Shown in pieces: positions 1-12,340 of a stretch of 58,527 nucleotides of DNA. The stretch comes from Histomonas meleagridis 2922-C6/04-290x (Eukaryota; Protista; Parabasalia), in assembly GCA_020184695.1 (NCBI GenBank), contig JAANOX010000124.1, forward strand, positions 1-58,527, written 5' to 3'. The notes beneath the pieces are model-generated. The model ran no database searches, was not told where the DNA came from, and worked only from the letters and a program-made list of their open reading frames with translations. The stretch's first letter is position 1. The number at the start of each line of letters is the position of its first letter. Made by a program: the position numbers and the translations under genes.

Positions 1-38
1 AATGAATAAATTACACGGGAGGAGATTTTTTATGTTTT

Positions 39-410
39 TTGCACCTGATTGTTATTGCGCTCAAAAAACCAGATATTCAGAATCTACTCTATATGAGGAA
101 CAAGATGATGCCATTTTCGACCGAAATGAAAAAATTGATAATTATTATATCATCAATTGGACACGAAAAACGACCCCCGCCTCTAGAAGACTTAGAAGAA
201 TGTCCCAATATCGAAATCGGCCACAACGAAGAAGAATTCATGATCAATGTTAATCCAGATCTCCCTTTCCAAAACGAAATACTCTTAATTCGGGGAGCTC
301 ATTACAATCCTAACCCAGAACCACGAAATGAATTCACGTCAATATTAATAAATTTAACATATCTTCATATGAATATGAGTTTTAATATAAATATCAAAAT
401 GATAATTTAA
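39..410 (+). pseudogene. Diverged fragment of the 'ORF-B' module (see 7341..7886)
   Basis: NPDLPFQNEILLIRGAHYNPNP resembles NEPFPHEKLLIKDIHYNPHP of 7341..7886. The window start aatgaataaa matches the start of the minus-strand copy at ~58510. Confidence 0.45.
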
Positions 411-714
411 ATCATTATTATGATAGAAATAAAAATCTAAATTTTACTTTAACTAGTCATATTAATTTATTCTTAATAGATTATTTCACCATTTAGATCT
501 TTAGCTATTAATCAATCAGAGAAATAGAAAAAAAAATATTATTTTATTTTATTCAATGTAAATACATGAAACATATCCTTCGTGATTTTTTGAAGGAATT
601 AAATTTCTAGAAATTTTCCTGAAAAGCAATATAATAAAGATTTAACTGGTTGATTGGATTTATAATATATATACAATTTTTGAAATTAATATCAAATCTC
701 AAATATAAATACAT

Positions 715-1139
715 ATAACATTATCATCATTATTTTGATTAAGAAGCAATTTAACTATTTCAATATTATCATATCCACATGCTATCATAAGAGCAGTCGC
801 AAATGAAACAAATAATTTATAAATATTCTATATAAATATATAATTATTCAAACAAATTTTAAATATATAACAAATAAATATTTTAAATATTCACATCAAT
901 TTTATCTTGTTCAAGAAGTAATTTAAATACATCAACATTCCCATTTTCAGTAACTTTCATAAGTGCTGTATTAAATATATTTAATAATTTCCAAACATTA
1001 CAAAAAAATATCAGATTATTCAAGTAAACATTAAATATTTCATATTTACGTCAGTGATATTAACAATACCTTTTTGCCCAAAAAGTAATTTAACAATTTC
1101 ATTTTTGCCATATCTCGAAGCCTTTATTAGAGCTGTTTG
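715..1139 (-). pseudogene. Ankyrin-repeat array, units separated by ~70-nt AT-rich stop-containing spacers
   Basis: Manual minus-strand translation gives QTALIKASRYGKNEIVKLLFGQKGIVNITD (from 1139), NTALMKVTENGNVDVFKLLLEQDKIDVNI (from 972) and ATALMIACGYDNIEIVKLLLNQN (from 800), all fitting the TAL..A...G..EIVKLLL ankyrin pattern. Confidence 0.7.
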
Positions 1140-1163
1140 CAAACATATAAACAAATTCCAAAT

Positions 1164-2214
1164 CACACTTCCGAAAAAGAAAAATTTCGTACACATATGT
1201 CACTTTTTCAATGCAACAAAAAATATAAAATTTGATCGGCTTTTATTCAAAGTTTCTCATTTAGATTTTCAGCCGCCATTATATAATCGAATTGCGTATA
1301 AGTTAGGAAGCAACTCGAGCGCCATCCTCCCTGGTGCTGAATGGCGGATGGGAATGCACCATTCCTTGCAGCTGTTTGAGCACCGCTTTTTCTCATTGAA
1401 TAAGTAGAAAATCTTGAATTGTCGATCCCAATCTCTTTTGTCCATTCTTTGATTCGTGCTCTCACATCCCGTGATGTTACAGAAAACTCTGACCTCGTAA
1501 TGAATAAATTTTGATTATTTGTGTTTTTTCTTATTTTCGAATACCTTTGGAGCCAAACATAACTTGACTGTGAACTTGTCGATTTATATGTCATAACCGT
1601 CCGACCATTTCCAAATTGGTCGGTCTTCGTTTTGGGAATATAGAGAATGTAGAAGTTTTCTTCAAAATGAATGTGTTCAATTTTAATGGCAATAACTTCG
1701 CTTACTCTCAACATACATTCAAATTGTAGAGAAAACATGGCCAAATTACTTATGTCTAAAAAACAATTCAATTTCACTTGTAAAGACATTTTGTCAAAAT
1801 CATCTGGCTTTATTGCATCAACTGCGTATGGACAGCTTGCTCCCAGTAATGTCCCTTTATAGCTTGTTAATAAATTAACGATTAGTTTTTCTTTTGTAAT
1901 ATCTTCTAAATTATTTTTTCTGCAATAATAAGAAATTGCAACAACATATGCTTTCAATGTATTATAGGCAACATTCTGACTTTTCTTATATTCGAGGAAT
2001 GCACTTAAAGTAGCTACTGTTGGTGGATAAGGAGGAGGAGAATCTTTGATCATCGAAATTATTGTGATAATCTTTGCAGGTATGCCTCCTCCGAAGAATC
2101 ATTGAGTACATGTGATGCGTCATCATTTGTATTTGCAACAAGTTCGTTAAAGTTTACCGAAAGCATATGAAAAAGTGCCATATATGTACGAAATTTATTT
2201 TTTTCGGAAGTGTA
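1164..2214. repeat. ~50-bp imperfect inverted repeats (1164..1214 and 2163..2214) enclosing the tyrosine recombinase gene
   Basis: The reverse complement of 1164..1214 is gcat-tgaaaaagtgacatatgtgtacgaaatttttctttttcggaagtgtg; 2163..2214 is gcatatgaaaaagtgccatatatgtacgaaatttatttttttcggaagtgta. By eye: 5 substitutions and 1 indel. Confidence 0.85.
1247..2166 (-). CDS. Tyrosine recombinase (DIRS/Crypton/PLV-like), with a stop/frameshift near 2056
   Basis: ORF 1247..2053 has MLRVSEV (R), KTKTDQFG (K), STYSMRKSGA (HxxR with His replaced by Tyr), GGW and FLTY (Y). The upstream frame LSVNFNELVAN...EEAYLQRLSQ looks like the N-terminal part. Confidence 0.88.
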
Positions 2215-3359
2215 CAGAATTTGATAAATATAATCAAAAAATATCAAAACATTAAAATAAACTTTAAATAAAACAAGAATATATTTTTCCATTAATTTCA
2301 ATATTTTGTTGTTTCAATACAGATTTTATTGTCTCAATGTTATCATTCATCATGAACATATTCGCATTAACTTTATTCTGTTCGATATATGGAATTAGAA
2401 TTAAACCATTTTCAGTTTAATTTAATTCATTCATAAAATAGGCTTCAAATTTCATTCCATCATCGATTAGAAAAGAAAAGATTTCATAATTAAAATAACG
2501 TAAAAACATATTCCCTAAATGTATTAAAACATTATATTTTTTCTATTATGTTTTCATTAAAATATTTAATAATGTCATTCTTATGAAAATGAATAATGAA
2601 TATATATATTAGTTTTGAAGTAATGAATAATCAACTTCATTAAATAATGTCTTTTAGATAAAATTAATAATATAAAATAACGTTTTGTTGTAATAATAAT
2701 ATAAATTCATGTTAATGTCACTTTCAATATAAATAATACAATCTACATAATTTGACAAATATTTGTATTTGAATGCATACTTGGTCAACTATTTCCATGT
2801 AAACGTTTTTTATTGAAATTACGAAGATGCCACTTATGAAGTCAAAATATCTATTTGTAATATTTTACATCATACAAAAAGTCGAAACATGAAAAAAATT
2901 AAAAATAAGTCAGTATATTTATCAACATAGAATCAGTTTTTTTATATAAAATTTAGAGTTTATATGTTTTAATAGATTGGGAATTTAATCATATATATAA
3001 ATATTAAAAATAGAAATAAAATTTTAAATGCTTAATAATTACATCAAAATTGAGAATTATATGAAATTGATAGTACATTTATGTCTTTTTTTGCATAATT
3101 TATTACAGTTTGATATAAAAATTATTAATTTTTAACTTTTAATTTTTGGATTTTTTGAAATTTTAAGAAAATTGTTTTTTGGGCGGTTGTTCTTACATCA
3201 CAATCAAAAAGTGGGAAATTGTGGGAATAACCGCCAAAAAAGGGGAACAAAAGAGGAACAGTTGGCACACTCCCAAATATTTCAACGACGCCTATAAATC
3301 TCTTCTGTCTCACATCACGGCATCCCATAAGGACTCGAATAATAAAAAATAAGAATTAG

Positions 3360-6300
3360 GATGGTATTGGACTGATAATAACATATGCGAAAACTAGAAA
3401 CATCTTACCTAATGCTTTAAACATATTACAAGATAAAAAAGGATTCATTTGTAAAGTATGTAATATACATTTTGGTTCAAATAATATTGGTATAGTTAAT
3501 CATATTAAAAAGCAACATCCAAATTTTGATTATGAGAGTGGAGACATTAGATTTCGAAGAATTAATTGTAAATCAATCATAAATTTGGATATCAATGAAG
3601 ATCTTCAAGAAATAATTGATGAAGACATAAATAAAATGAATGAACAAGTTGATAGATATAGAATAGCAACAGAAAGAGAAAGATTAAATGTTAGAGAAGA
3701 ATTATTAATTTTAAATGATAGACAACGATTAAATGCTAATAGAAGAAGAATCAGGGAAAACAACTTAAGAGTTAATAGATTAAGAGATCAACAACTTAAC
3801 CAACAAAATACTAATGAGACAATTAACACAAACATAAATAGTCCACAAACTTCTGAACATGAGGATAATGGTAATAGTTCAGAATATAGTTATTCTGAAG
3901 AAGAATCATCAAGTGACAATAAAGAAGAAACTAATAATACGAATTTAAATATAAATTACCTTAAAAATCTTACAAGAGAACAATTATTAGAAGTAGCAAA
4001 TAAATGGACTGAAGAATGTAATGAACAAGAACTTCAAATGATCTCATTACCAAAAATTCGGGGAAAGAATAAAACAAAGATCATCAGAGAAATCCCCAAA
4101 CTATTCAAATATATAATAAAACATTTAATTAAAATATGTGAACCATTAAATGATAGACCAGAAGACGAAAACTTTTATATTTGGGAAGGTTGTTTATCTA
4201 AAATCAATCTATTAATTAGAGAAGAAATTTGTAATACTTTAAAAATCATCGATAATAAAATGTTACATAAAACTCAAAGGATAGTTAGAAGTAACAGAAA
4301 TAGAGAAATTAATATGGAAATGGAAACAGAAATCAAAAATCTTTCTAAATTTAGCACTATCATTAGAAGAATTCATCACTTCTATCATAAACAGCAAACA
4401 CAAATGATATTTAATATGATTAATAGGTTAAAAGATAAACTCATCAAACTTCTACCAAACATCAAAGATGAATTTAGAAATTGCATTGAAATAAATGAAC
4501 CCAATGACATTGATAATTCAATGAATATGACAACAGATTATTTAGAAGGTAAACTACAATATATAGAAGCAAGAATTAATACGTTACAAACGAATCTAGG
4601 AGCTAGAAGAAAAGAGAATTACAAAGATTTAATACAAAACATGTATAGAGAAGATCCTAGAAGATGTCTTAGTTGGTATGTTATTCCCAATACTACACCA
4701 GAATGTAAACTAGAACCAGATAAATTTGTTGAAACATATGGAAAAACATGGAGCAAAGAAAAGCTAATAGAAAATAATGAAGAATTTATGTTAGATGAAA
4801 TTATTGAGGCGGAAGATTATAATAGTTTAATAACGGATTTATATGATGATGAATTAATTGAAGGGGCTATTATGTCGAGATCGAATATCTCGGCATATGG
4901 CCCTGACGGGATTTCAAATCTAATTTGGAAACTTGGAAAGAAATATACAAGAGAAATGATCAAAAACACAATGTGGGTCACTATGAAATCGAAAAAAATG
5001 TCCACAACTTTTAAAAAGAGGAAAAACAGTCATGATATATAAAAAAGGTGATATTAATGATCCCTATTCTTGGAGACCAATTACTATCACTTTAACGTTT
5101 TACAGAATTTGGATGGTCGTTATATCAAGAGCGTTCCAAAACCTAAATAACAGACATAGATTTATATCTAAGTCTCAAAAAGGTTTTATGCAATATCCAA
5201 ATGCTACATCGGAACATTCGGTTATGTTAAATGAGTTGATTCAACATGTTTCAAGAAATGAAGGATCAATTTATATAACAACTATCGATTCCGCAGATGC
5301 ATTTGGATCAATACCACACGCTCAAATATTTAAATCAATGAAAGAATAAGGCTTCATCAATCACATCGTTAATTTAGTCAAAGCATCTTATAAAGACACG
5401 ACGACAAAGATACAAATCCCATCGAAAGGTTCTTCAGATACGATTTATTTCAATTGTGGAGTTAAACAAGGATGTCCCCTTTCACCAATCATTTTTAACA
5501 TTTGTATAGACGCTTTATTAAATAGATTAGAACAACAAACTATTGATGGATTTCATATTAAAGATAAAATCATCTGTGCACAAGCATATGCAGATGATTT
5601 AGTTCTAATCTCAGATACTGAAAGGGGAATGAACAATTTAATCAACACAGTGGAAAGATTCTGCAAATATGCAAAAATGGAAATACAACCACAAAAATAT
5701 AGAACCTTCTCTTATATTGATCATAACGATAATCGTTCTTCAGCTGCTACAAAGTTTAAAATTGGTGATAAACTTATCCCTATAATTAATATTAGAGGAG
5801 GTACTCCATATCTTGGAATAATGACTGCTTTAATGAAAAATACGAGAACAAAATCAGCAGCTTCGGAAATTAACAAAGCAATATTAGATGTAGGTAGCAT
5901 TGGCTTAATCTATCTTGTTTTGTTAAATTATGGTATTCTGCAGATAACGAACTATAAGAAATTTTTCGTTATTTATGTTGAAACGAAAGATGTTTTAGAT
6001 ATAAAGTTAATATGGAGAATCCTCAAGAAGCTAATGATTTATTTTTTGGTATAAATAATCCTAATTACAGAAGAAATTCGTACGGAACGTCAAACATTTT
6101 TAGCCGTGTAATTTCTATACTATGTAAAAGGAATATTTATTTGAAACTGAACAACACCGAAGAAGAACCAATTAGTATAGCATTAAATGATATTATAACA
6201 AATACTGATGAAAATAATTTCCTGGAAATAATGAATATTCACTTTAATGAGAAACACTACAATAAATTAATATCTTCTGGATTAAGAGGTCATACATTCA

Positions 6301-7292
6301 AGACACTAAAAGATAGCAAAATATCCAATCACTTTATTCCTTAATATTCTTGCTTATTAAATGATGAGATCATCAAATTTGCGGTAGAAGCAAGAACCAA
6401 TAGCTTCTACACAGGACAATATGCAAGATTAAATAGTAATGACCTAGAAAATGTTGGAAATTGTAGATATTGTCAAAGACCAGACTCATTAAGACATTGA
6501 TTAAACGATTGCATACATTTATTGAACAAATTTAAACCTAGATATGATGCAATAGTCCGTGAATTAGTAGAAATGCTAATATCAAGAAGTAACAGATTAA
6601 TCCATCTTGATAGTGTACTTCTAATTGATGGTAACAGAATAACCGGTGAAAACGATACTAAAAGACCTGATATTTGGTATGAAACAGATGATTTATATTA
6701 TCTTATCGAAGTTACTGTCCCCTATGGCGATGTAAGTGAAGAAAATGAATTGTCGTTAGAGGTAAGGTACAACGAGAAGAAAGAAAAATATGCGGAGCTT
6801 TTAGTAGATATCAAGAATCAATCTGGCAAAGATGCCAAACTTATTGTCATAGTGATTTCTTCACTTGGTGCATGGTACTCAGAATCTCTTAAAGAATTAA
6901 GGATCATAGCAGAAACAAAGGAAAACTTTAAGAGATTTGCTAAAAGAATGGTAATCGCTACACTAAAGTACTCTAGAAAGATCCTAATGAATATTTTTAG
7001 TGAAGAGAACAGAAGAAACAATAGTTCTGAAGAAGACAGGTCGGCGTCATCAACTCCATCAACGTCATCATCGGAAAAGTACGAGGAATATGAAGAGACA
7101 GAAGAGTACCTCGTCAACCCTAATGAACAAGCTGAAATGGAGGATATTCAAGATTTACCCGTGGAGTCAACAACGGATACAGAAGATGCAACAACGGGAC
7201 AGGAGATGTCGTGTTCTACATCATCATCCTCTGGGGGTGAAGATGATGATGAGAACAATGATAACACCTTAACCCAAACCCCAACTTTTTAA
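3360..7292 (+). mobile_element. Non-LTR retrotransposon A, RLE (R2/NeSL-like) type, degenerate
   Basis: N-terminal C2H2 finger CKVC-x13-HIKKQH (~3445-3512, in frame with ORF 3585). RT motifs YGPDGIS, YKKGD..WRPIT, QKGF, IDSADAFGSI, GVKQGCPLSP and YADD (5587..5598). CCHC CRYC..H*LNDC (~6460-6512). RLE motifs RYDAIV, KRPDIW..IEVTVP and KKEKY. Several stops and frameshifts. Confidence 0.93.
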
Positions 7293-7340
7293 ATCACTTA
7301 CTTTTAATATGCTTGAGTAAACGACCCACATGGGACGAGA

Positions 7341-7886
7341 ATGAATTTTTTTGCAAATTTTTTACCTCCTCAAACTCGAGTATTGCATTCTCCTCAAGGA
7401 GAGGATCACAATGGTATAAGTATCGGCCGGATTTGTAAAACTGACCCTCGATCAGATGCACATAAATTTTTACCGAACGTTCCGAGAGGGCCAGCGACGA
7501 TACGAGAAACGGTTGTCGAAGAATCACCAGTAATTCCGAACGAAATAGTACCACAACAAGAATACGAGATTAAATTTTCGAGGAACGAACCATTTCCCCA
7601 CGAGAAACTATTAATTAAAGATATTCATTACAATCCACACCCATATACACCAGAAGGAGAGAATTTACCATCGCCACCAGAATGGGTAATAATCTCATCA
7701 GATCCAGATATAATGCATCTTTTACCAATCAATTGTGGGGACGCTCAAGGACTTATTATATATAGAGGGCAAGCTACAATAGAGTCAGGAACTTTAGTTA
7801 TACATGAATATGCTCCTAAGATTTATCCGACAATAGAAGAAATTGAACGAGGTTTCCTTGATTTAAGGTTATATAGCTGTAAATAA
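7341..7886 (+). CDS. 'ORF-B': proline-rich unknown protein of a repeated module
   Basis: 181-aa ORF, highly similar to the minus-strand copy at 57700-58510 (same text, with a ~60-bp deletion here) and to 40500-41000. Confidence 0.5.
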   Translation: MNFFANFLPPQTRVLHSPQGEDHNGISIGRICKTDPRSDAHKFLPNVPRGPATIRETVVEESPVIPNEIVPQQEYEIKFSRNEPFPHEKLLIKDIHYNPHPYTPEGENLPSPPEWVIISSDPDIMHLLPINCGDAQGLIIYRGQATIESGTLVIHEYAPKIYPTIEEIERGFLDLRLYSCK

Positions 7887-8659
7887 TCTTAGACAAAAGA
7901 TTTATATCAACAAAATGCTGATTAATAATAACAATTATGGGTAAATACTAATATTCTTACTGATCGATTAATTATTAATCATGGTAATGTAAATTATGAA
8001 TCAAAGACTTCTAATACATTAAATTTCAATCACAAAGGAAATTCCTATTCCAAACACTTTAAGTTCAAATCTAATATCTGAACCTAATGTTCAAGTGAGA
8101 GTCTGGGTAGCATATCCAAAACATACCCACTTTTGGACGGTTATTCCCACAATTTTCGACTTTTTGAATTCGATGTAAAATAACCGTCTCGATTTTCCAA
8201 AATTTCGGATAAAAAAAATTTCGAAAAAATAAAGCTCGACAAAATAAAATAATCATAACAATAGTAAGAACTATATCAATATACTATTAATGAATAGTAT
8301 AGATTTAAATAATAATGAGTATTCGTGGACAAAAACGATTTTGAAAATAATCATAAAATATTCTAAAATAAATAGTATAATCGAATTCTCCATATGTTAA
8401 AACGTATTACTGTATTCTTTTTTTGCCAAAATACAAAATGTATATTGTGTTATTAGCAAATGTTTTTGATATTTATTATGCATAATTGAATTCATGTTCA
8501 AAAAGTTAAAATTGTGAAGAAATAATTTCATTCAATTTTAATTTAAATACTTTACATTTTTGCCACAATAAATTTTGAACAAATAAAAAATGACATTGTA
8601 TAACAAAATAATTTAAATGAATAATCAATAAATAAGAATAATTATATACATTAAGCATT

Positions 8660-9065
8660 GACAAACAATGAGCTACAAAATATATTTTTTAATAAGCATT
8701 AAATTACAATAATTTATGAATAACATTATTTACAATCATTGATAAATAATGAATTATAATGATTTGTTTTATTAAACGATAATAAACGTAGAATATTAAT
8801 GATTTGTTTTATTAAACATCAATAAAATATGAATAATATTGATTTACTCTATGAAGCATTAACAAACAATGAAGTTTATTGATTTGTATTATTAATCATC
8901 AATAAACAATAAATAATAATGATTTCTTTATTCAGCAATAATAAACAATGAATAATAATGATTATCATTAATTAAACATTAATGAACAATGATTTATAAT
9001 CATTTCTTTCATTAAACATTAATAAACAAAGTTTTATAATGATCATCATTGATTTAACATTAATA
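8660..9065. repeat. Degenerate 40-bp tandem repeat, about 9-10 units
   Basis: gattt/gatt anchors at 8761, 8801, 8841, 8881, 8921, 8960, 9001 and 9041. Confidence 0.7.
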
Positions 9066-9730
9066 AAAGTTGCTAAAAAATGGACAACAAAAAATGATGA
9101 ACAAGAATCTCGGATAATTTCTATATCTAAGATTCAAGGAAAAAGTAAATGAGACTCATTACCTGCAGAACCAAAATTAAATGAGAAAATTATTACTACT
9201 AACATTGATTCTTTAAGTATTATTCCGAAACACAACGATGTTCAAGATGATACAATAATAGATTCTGTGATAGCAAACCCTGTGTATAATAATGTTTAAA
9301 TAAACCCAAATATTGATTCTTTAAGAGTCAAACCTGTTCATGAACAATCGGATTATTAATCCAAATGTTGATTCATTTCAAGTGTAAATAATAAAATTAT
9401 TATTAATCAATGATGAGATGCAAAATTATTAACCCTGATGTAGAATCTTTACATATAATACCAGAAGCTATTAATAACACCTCTAAAGCTATTGTTGAAT
9501 CTCTTTCTACGAAAGTTTATTCAGAAATTAAACAGAAACTGCGTTAATTGAACAACTTAAAGTTGATGTAAATAAAACATCAAAAACTCAGATTGTTAAT
9601 ATCGTAGAAAACGAGATCCGTTTTAATCCAATTAAAAAAGTCATTAATATTGATATTCCTGATTTTGAAATTATTTATAATCATATTCCTACAGCTTTAA
9701 ACTTAAATAATTATTTCACCATTTCTATTT
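9065..9730 (+). pseudogene. Relic joining a retrotransposon N-terminal piece to the ORF-B repeat region
   Basis: VAKKWTTKNDEQESRIISISKIQGK resembles VANKWTEECNEQELQMISLPKIRGK of element A. IKKVINIDIPDFEIIYN resembles IKKVIDVDIPEFEIHYN of ORF 56970..57401. Confidence 0.5.
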
Positions 9731-10089
9731 CAGATTATTCAGATATTGAAAGTAACTATAATGAAGGAAAATCAAGTTTCAACTCCAATGTTCGGTACTA
9801 TTCAACTTTTCACGACTTTTTGATAAGAGGTTATTCAAAAAGTGGAAAGTCTCACAATTATTTACGACTTTTCGTGTAATATTGGAAAAATTGAAAGGAG
9901 AGAGAAATTCAGAGAAAATTCTTATTCAATTTGTATATGATTTATATTCTTCGTCAAAAATTATTTGAATGATATTAGAAAATGTCAATAGATGGAAATC
10001 ATAATGGTTTAATTATTACATATATTTCATATAGATAAAATATTAGATGTCAAAACATAATATGCACGCATAATCATATATAATATATT

Positions 10090-10830
10090 ATCAGTATGCA
10101 CAGAAGCTAAAATACGGGCATTTATCGAATTTCATCGTTCAACACATTCTAGTACAACATATGATTACATTCGGCAATTCATTGCTGCATTTTCATATTT
10201 ATTAAGAATAATAATAAGCAATCTTCCAAACATTACACATAATCAAGATTTTATTTATAATGTTCATGGATCTCAGAGAGTAATGCAAGGGAAAAAATGT
10301 CTTAATGAGGAACTTCCAATTACACCAGAAATACTTGATCATATTCCTGATTTTATCACAAACTATACCAATCAAATTCAAGGAATGTGCATAATTTATT
10401 AATAAGAGTTTCAGAGTGCATTAATTTGAATAAAGAGGACGTTAATATCGATTTAAACGGTCGACTTGTGATAACAATAAAAAAATCAATAATAACAGAT
10501 CAATATGGTGAAGCTGAATCTATATACATCTATTAACCATAAAAAAATATTCTCCTTTCAAGTGGTTACCTCTTCACATCTTAAATATTATAAATTTTTC
10601 AAATCGCAAAATGTTTACAATGGCTGCTGAAACATTCAGATCATTTTTAAAAAAAAATTGCAGCAAGTTGTTCCATCTGAACACCTGAAAAAATACTCAA
10701 CAGACCCTATAAGATAAGATGCAGCATATACAGCTGCCTTAAATCCGATCCAAGACTGCCAGATCAAAAAAATGGATAGGTGGGAGTGTAATTGCTATAA
10801 AGTTTATACAATTAATTTTACATATTGAAT
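10090..10830 (+). pseudogene. Second tyrosine recombinase, degraded
   Basis: Manual translation across frameshifts gives TEAKIRAFIEFH..FIAAFSY, RVSECINLNKEDVNI, KSIITDQYGEAE and KYSTDPIRIDAAYTAALN..DCQIKKMDRWECNCYKVY. Confidence 0.75.
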
Positions 10831-11398
10831 TTATTGAAATTTTATATAACAACTATTTTAATTACATGTAAAATATATTTTCATCACATATAGATTATAA
10901 TAACAATTTGGTGTAGTGATAAAAAATGTGATTTTTATGAAACATCTGACTTTTCTGAAAGTCTTAATTTTATTAACGTAATTAATAAGATCTATTAATT
11001 CATATATGAATCGGTATAATCGATAGAAAGAGTAAATAGCATAATGCAATCGTTATTAATGCGTTTTTGCGTTGTGCGTGGTTGAAATCTTATATATAAA
11101 GATGTGAAGTGTCCTGGAAATACTAGGAGAAACCAGGAACCCTTGATTTTTATACAAATATATTAATGGATAAATAATCGTACAATATAATTACATTATA
11201 AAAATATATTAATGAGAGAATCACTTTACGACATAGTTAATCCATTGCGAATTAATTAATGATAAAATTACTTATTAAATATGACTTTACACCATAATTA
11301 TTATACTTAAACTGACTCCATCAATTTTTTTAATTGGATCATTACTTTTTTCACAAATATTAATCAAATGATTACTTAAATGATAACAATACGATCCA

Positions 11399-11686
11399 TT
11401 CATCCATTTTATTACTGAAACGTTCATATGCATCTTTATTTTCTGGTTCATTATCATTTAATGATGAATTCATTAGATTATTAATTTCCTCAGGAATATA
11501 TTCAGATCTTTTTCTGAATATTCTATATTTTTATCGATTGACATATAATCTTCTATAATTTCGATATTGTTCGTCATAAACTTCAAGCGGTGTTGAAGTA
11601 TTTCTATAATCAAAATTTTTCGGTAAAGTGTATCCGTATTTTTCAAATAAATTTCTAACTTCTTTTTTGCTCAATCTTTTTGGCAT
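11399..11686 (-). pseudogene. Hypothetical protein with one internal stop (MPKRLSKKEVRNLFEKYGYTL...)
   Basis: Manual translation of a frame starting at ATG 11686, directly after the resolvase-like gene. No family recognised. Confidence 0.35.
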
Positions 11687-11726
11687 TTTATCAAAAATAA
11701 AAAAATAATTTTTTTTAAAACTAAGT

Positions 11727-12340
11727 TTAATTTTTTTCTGAAATTAATTCTTTATACTGCTCTTTAGTAAGAAATATATGGTTATTTTGTAAAGCAAAAA
11801 TCATTCCTTGATTTATTGCATCAGCTATATCATCTTGCTTTTTATATTTTTCGAAATTATATGGCATCTGAAATGAACTCCAAGTACTAAAAAATTTTTC
11901 CTCAACATTTTTTAAAATGTTTCTTGCAATATTGACGCTCAATTTCTAATGAGCTTTATTTTCGGTGTATTATCTGAACCTAAATTTCGAATTTTTTTTT
12001 TTTTGGCTCAAATAAATGAACATTAGCTTTAGAGATTAGTGAAAGAGTAATGATACTATACATTGATTCCATGGCATTAGTATTTCCCGGGAATTTGTTC
12101 TTCAATTAATACTGTAAAGGTATATAACCTTTTGACTTCATAACATTTTTCTCAAAACTATTATATAAAAATACTGCCCAACCGAAATTTTTGATTTGAC
12201 TTACAATTTAGCCTATAATATATGCTGCATCAACAAAACTTTATTTATACGTGGATTCACCGTCTTCATTTGATAGTATTCTATCATTATTTCTCCATCA
12301 TTATTAATTATACCATAATAAATAATATCTATCGTCATGA
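11727..12340 (-). pseudogene. RuvC-like Holliday junction resolvase (poxvirus A22-like), degraded
   Basis: Motif order across frameshifts: VLIEEQIP, FEPKKK..YTENKAH*KLSVNIARNIL, KKQDDIADAINQGMIFAL. This matches the A22 pattern ERQ / P..K..Y..RKK.SV / K.DD.AD. The N-terminal catalytic Asp motif is not clearly seen. Confidence 0.62.

Larger units (their letters stand above)
3150..8220. repeat. Imperfect inverted motif pair (~3150..3245 and ~8125..8220) around retrotransposon A plus ORF-B
   Basis: gggcggttgttcttacatcacaatcaaaaagtgggaaattgtgggaataaccgccaaaa aligns with the reverse complement of the 8130-8190 region, gagacggttattttacatcgaattcaaaaagtcgaaaattgtgggaataaccgtccaaaa. Confidence 0.6.

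Noticed and set aside
1054-1407. 117-aa plus-strand ORF
   Set aside because: Antisense shadow of the YR gene and an ankyrin unit.
6818-7272. ORFs 6818..7117 (-) and 7000..7272 (+)
   Set aside because: Alternative frames over the RLE C-terminal low-complexity tail.
1247-7292. YR plus RT as a single DIRS/Ngaro retrotransposon
   Set aside because: The RT is non-LTR type with its own RLE endonuclease, has no RNase H, and is on the opposite strand, separated by ankyrin-like DNA.
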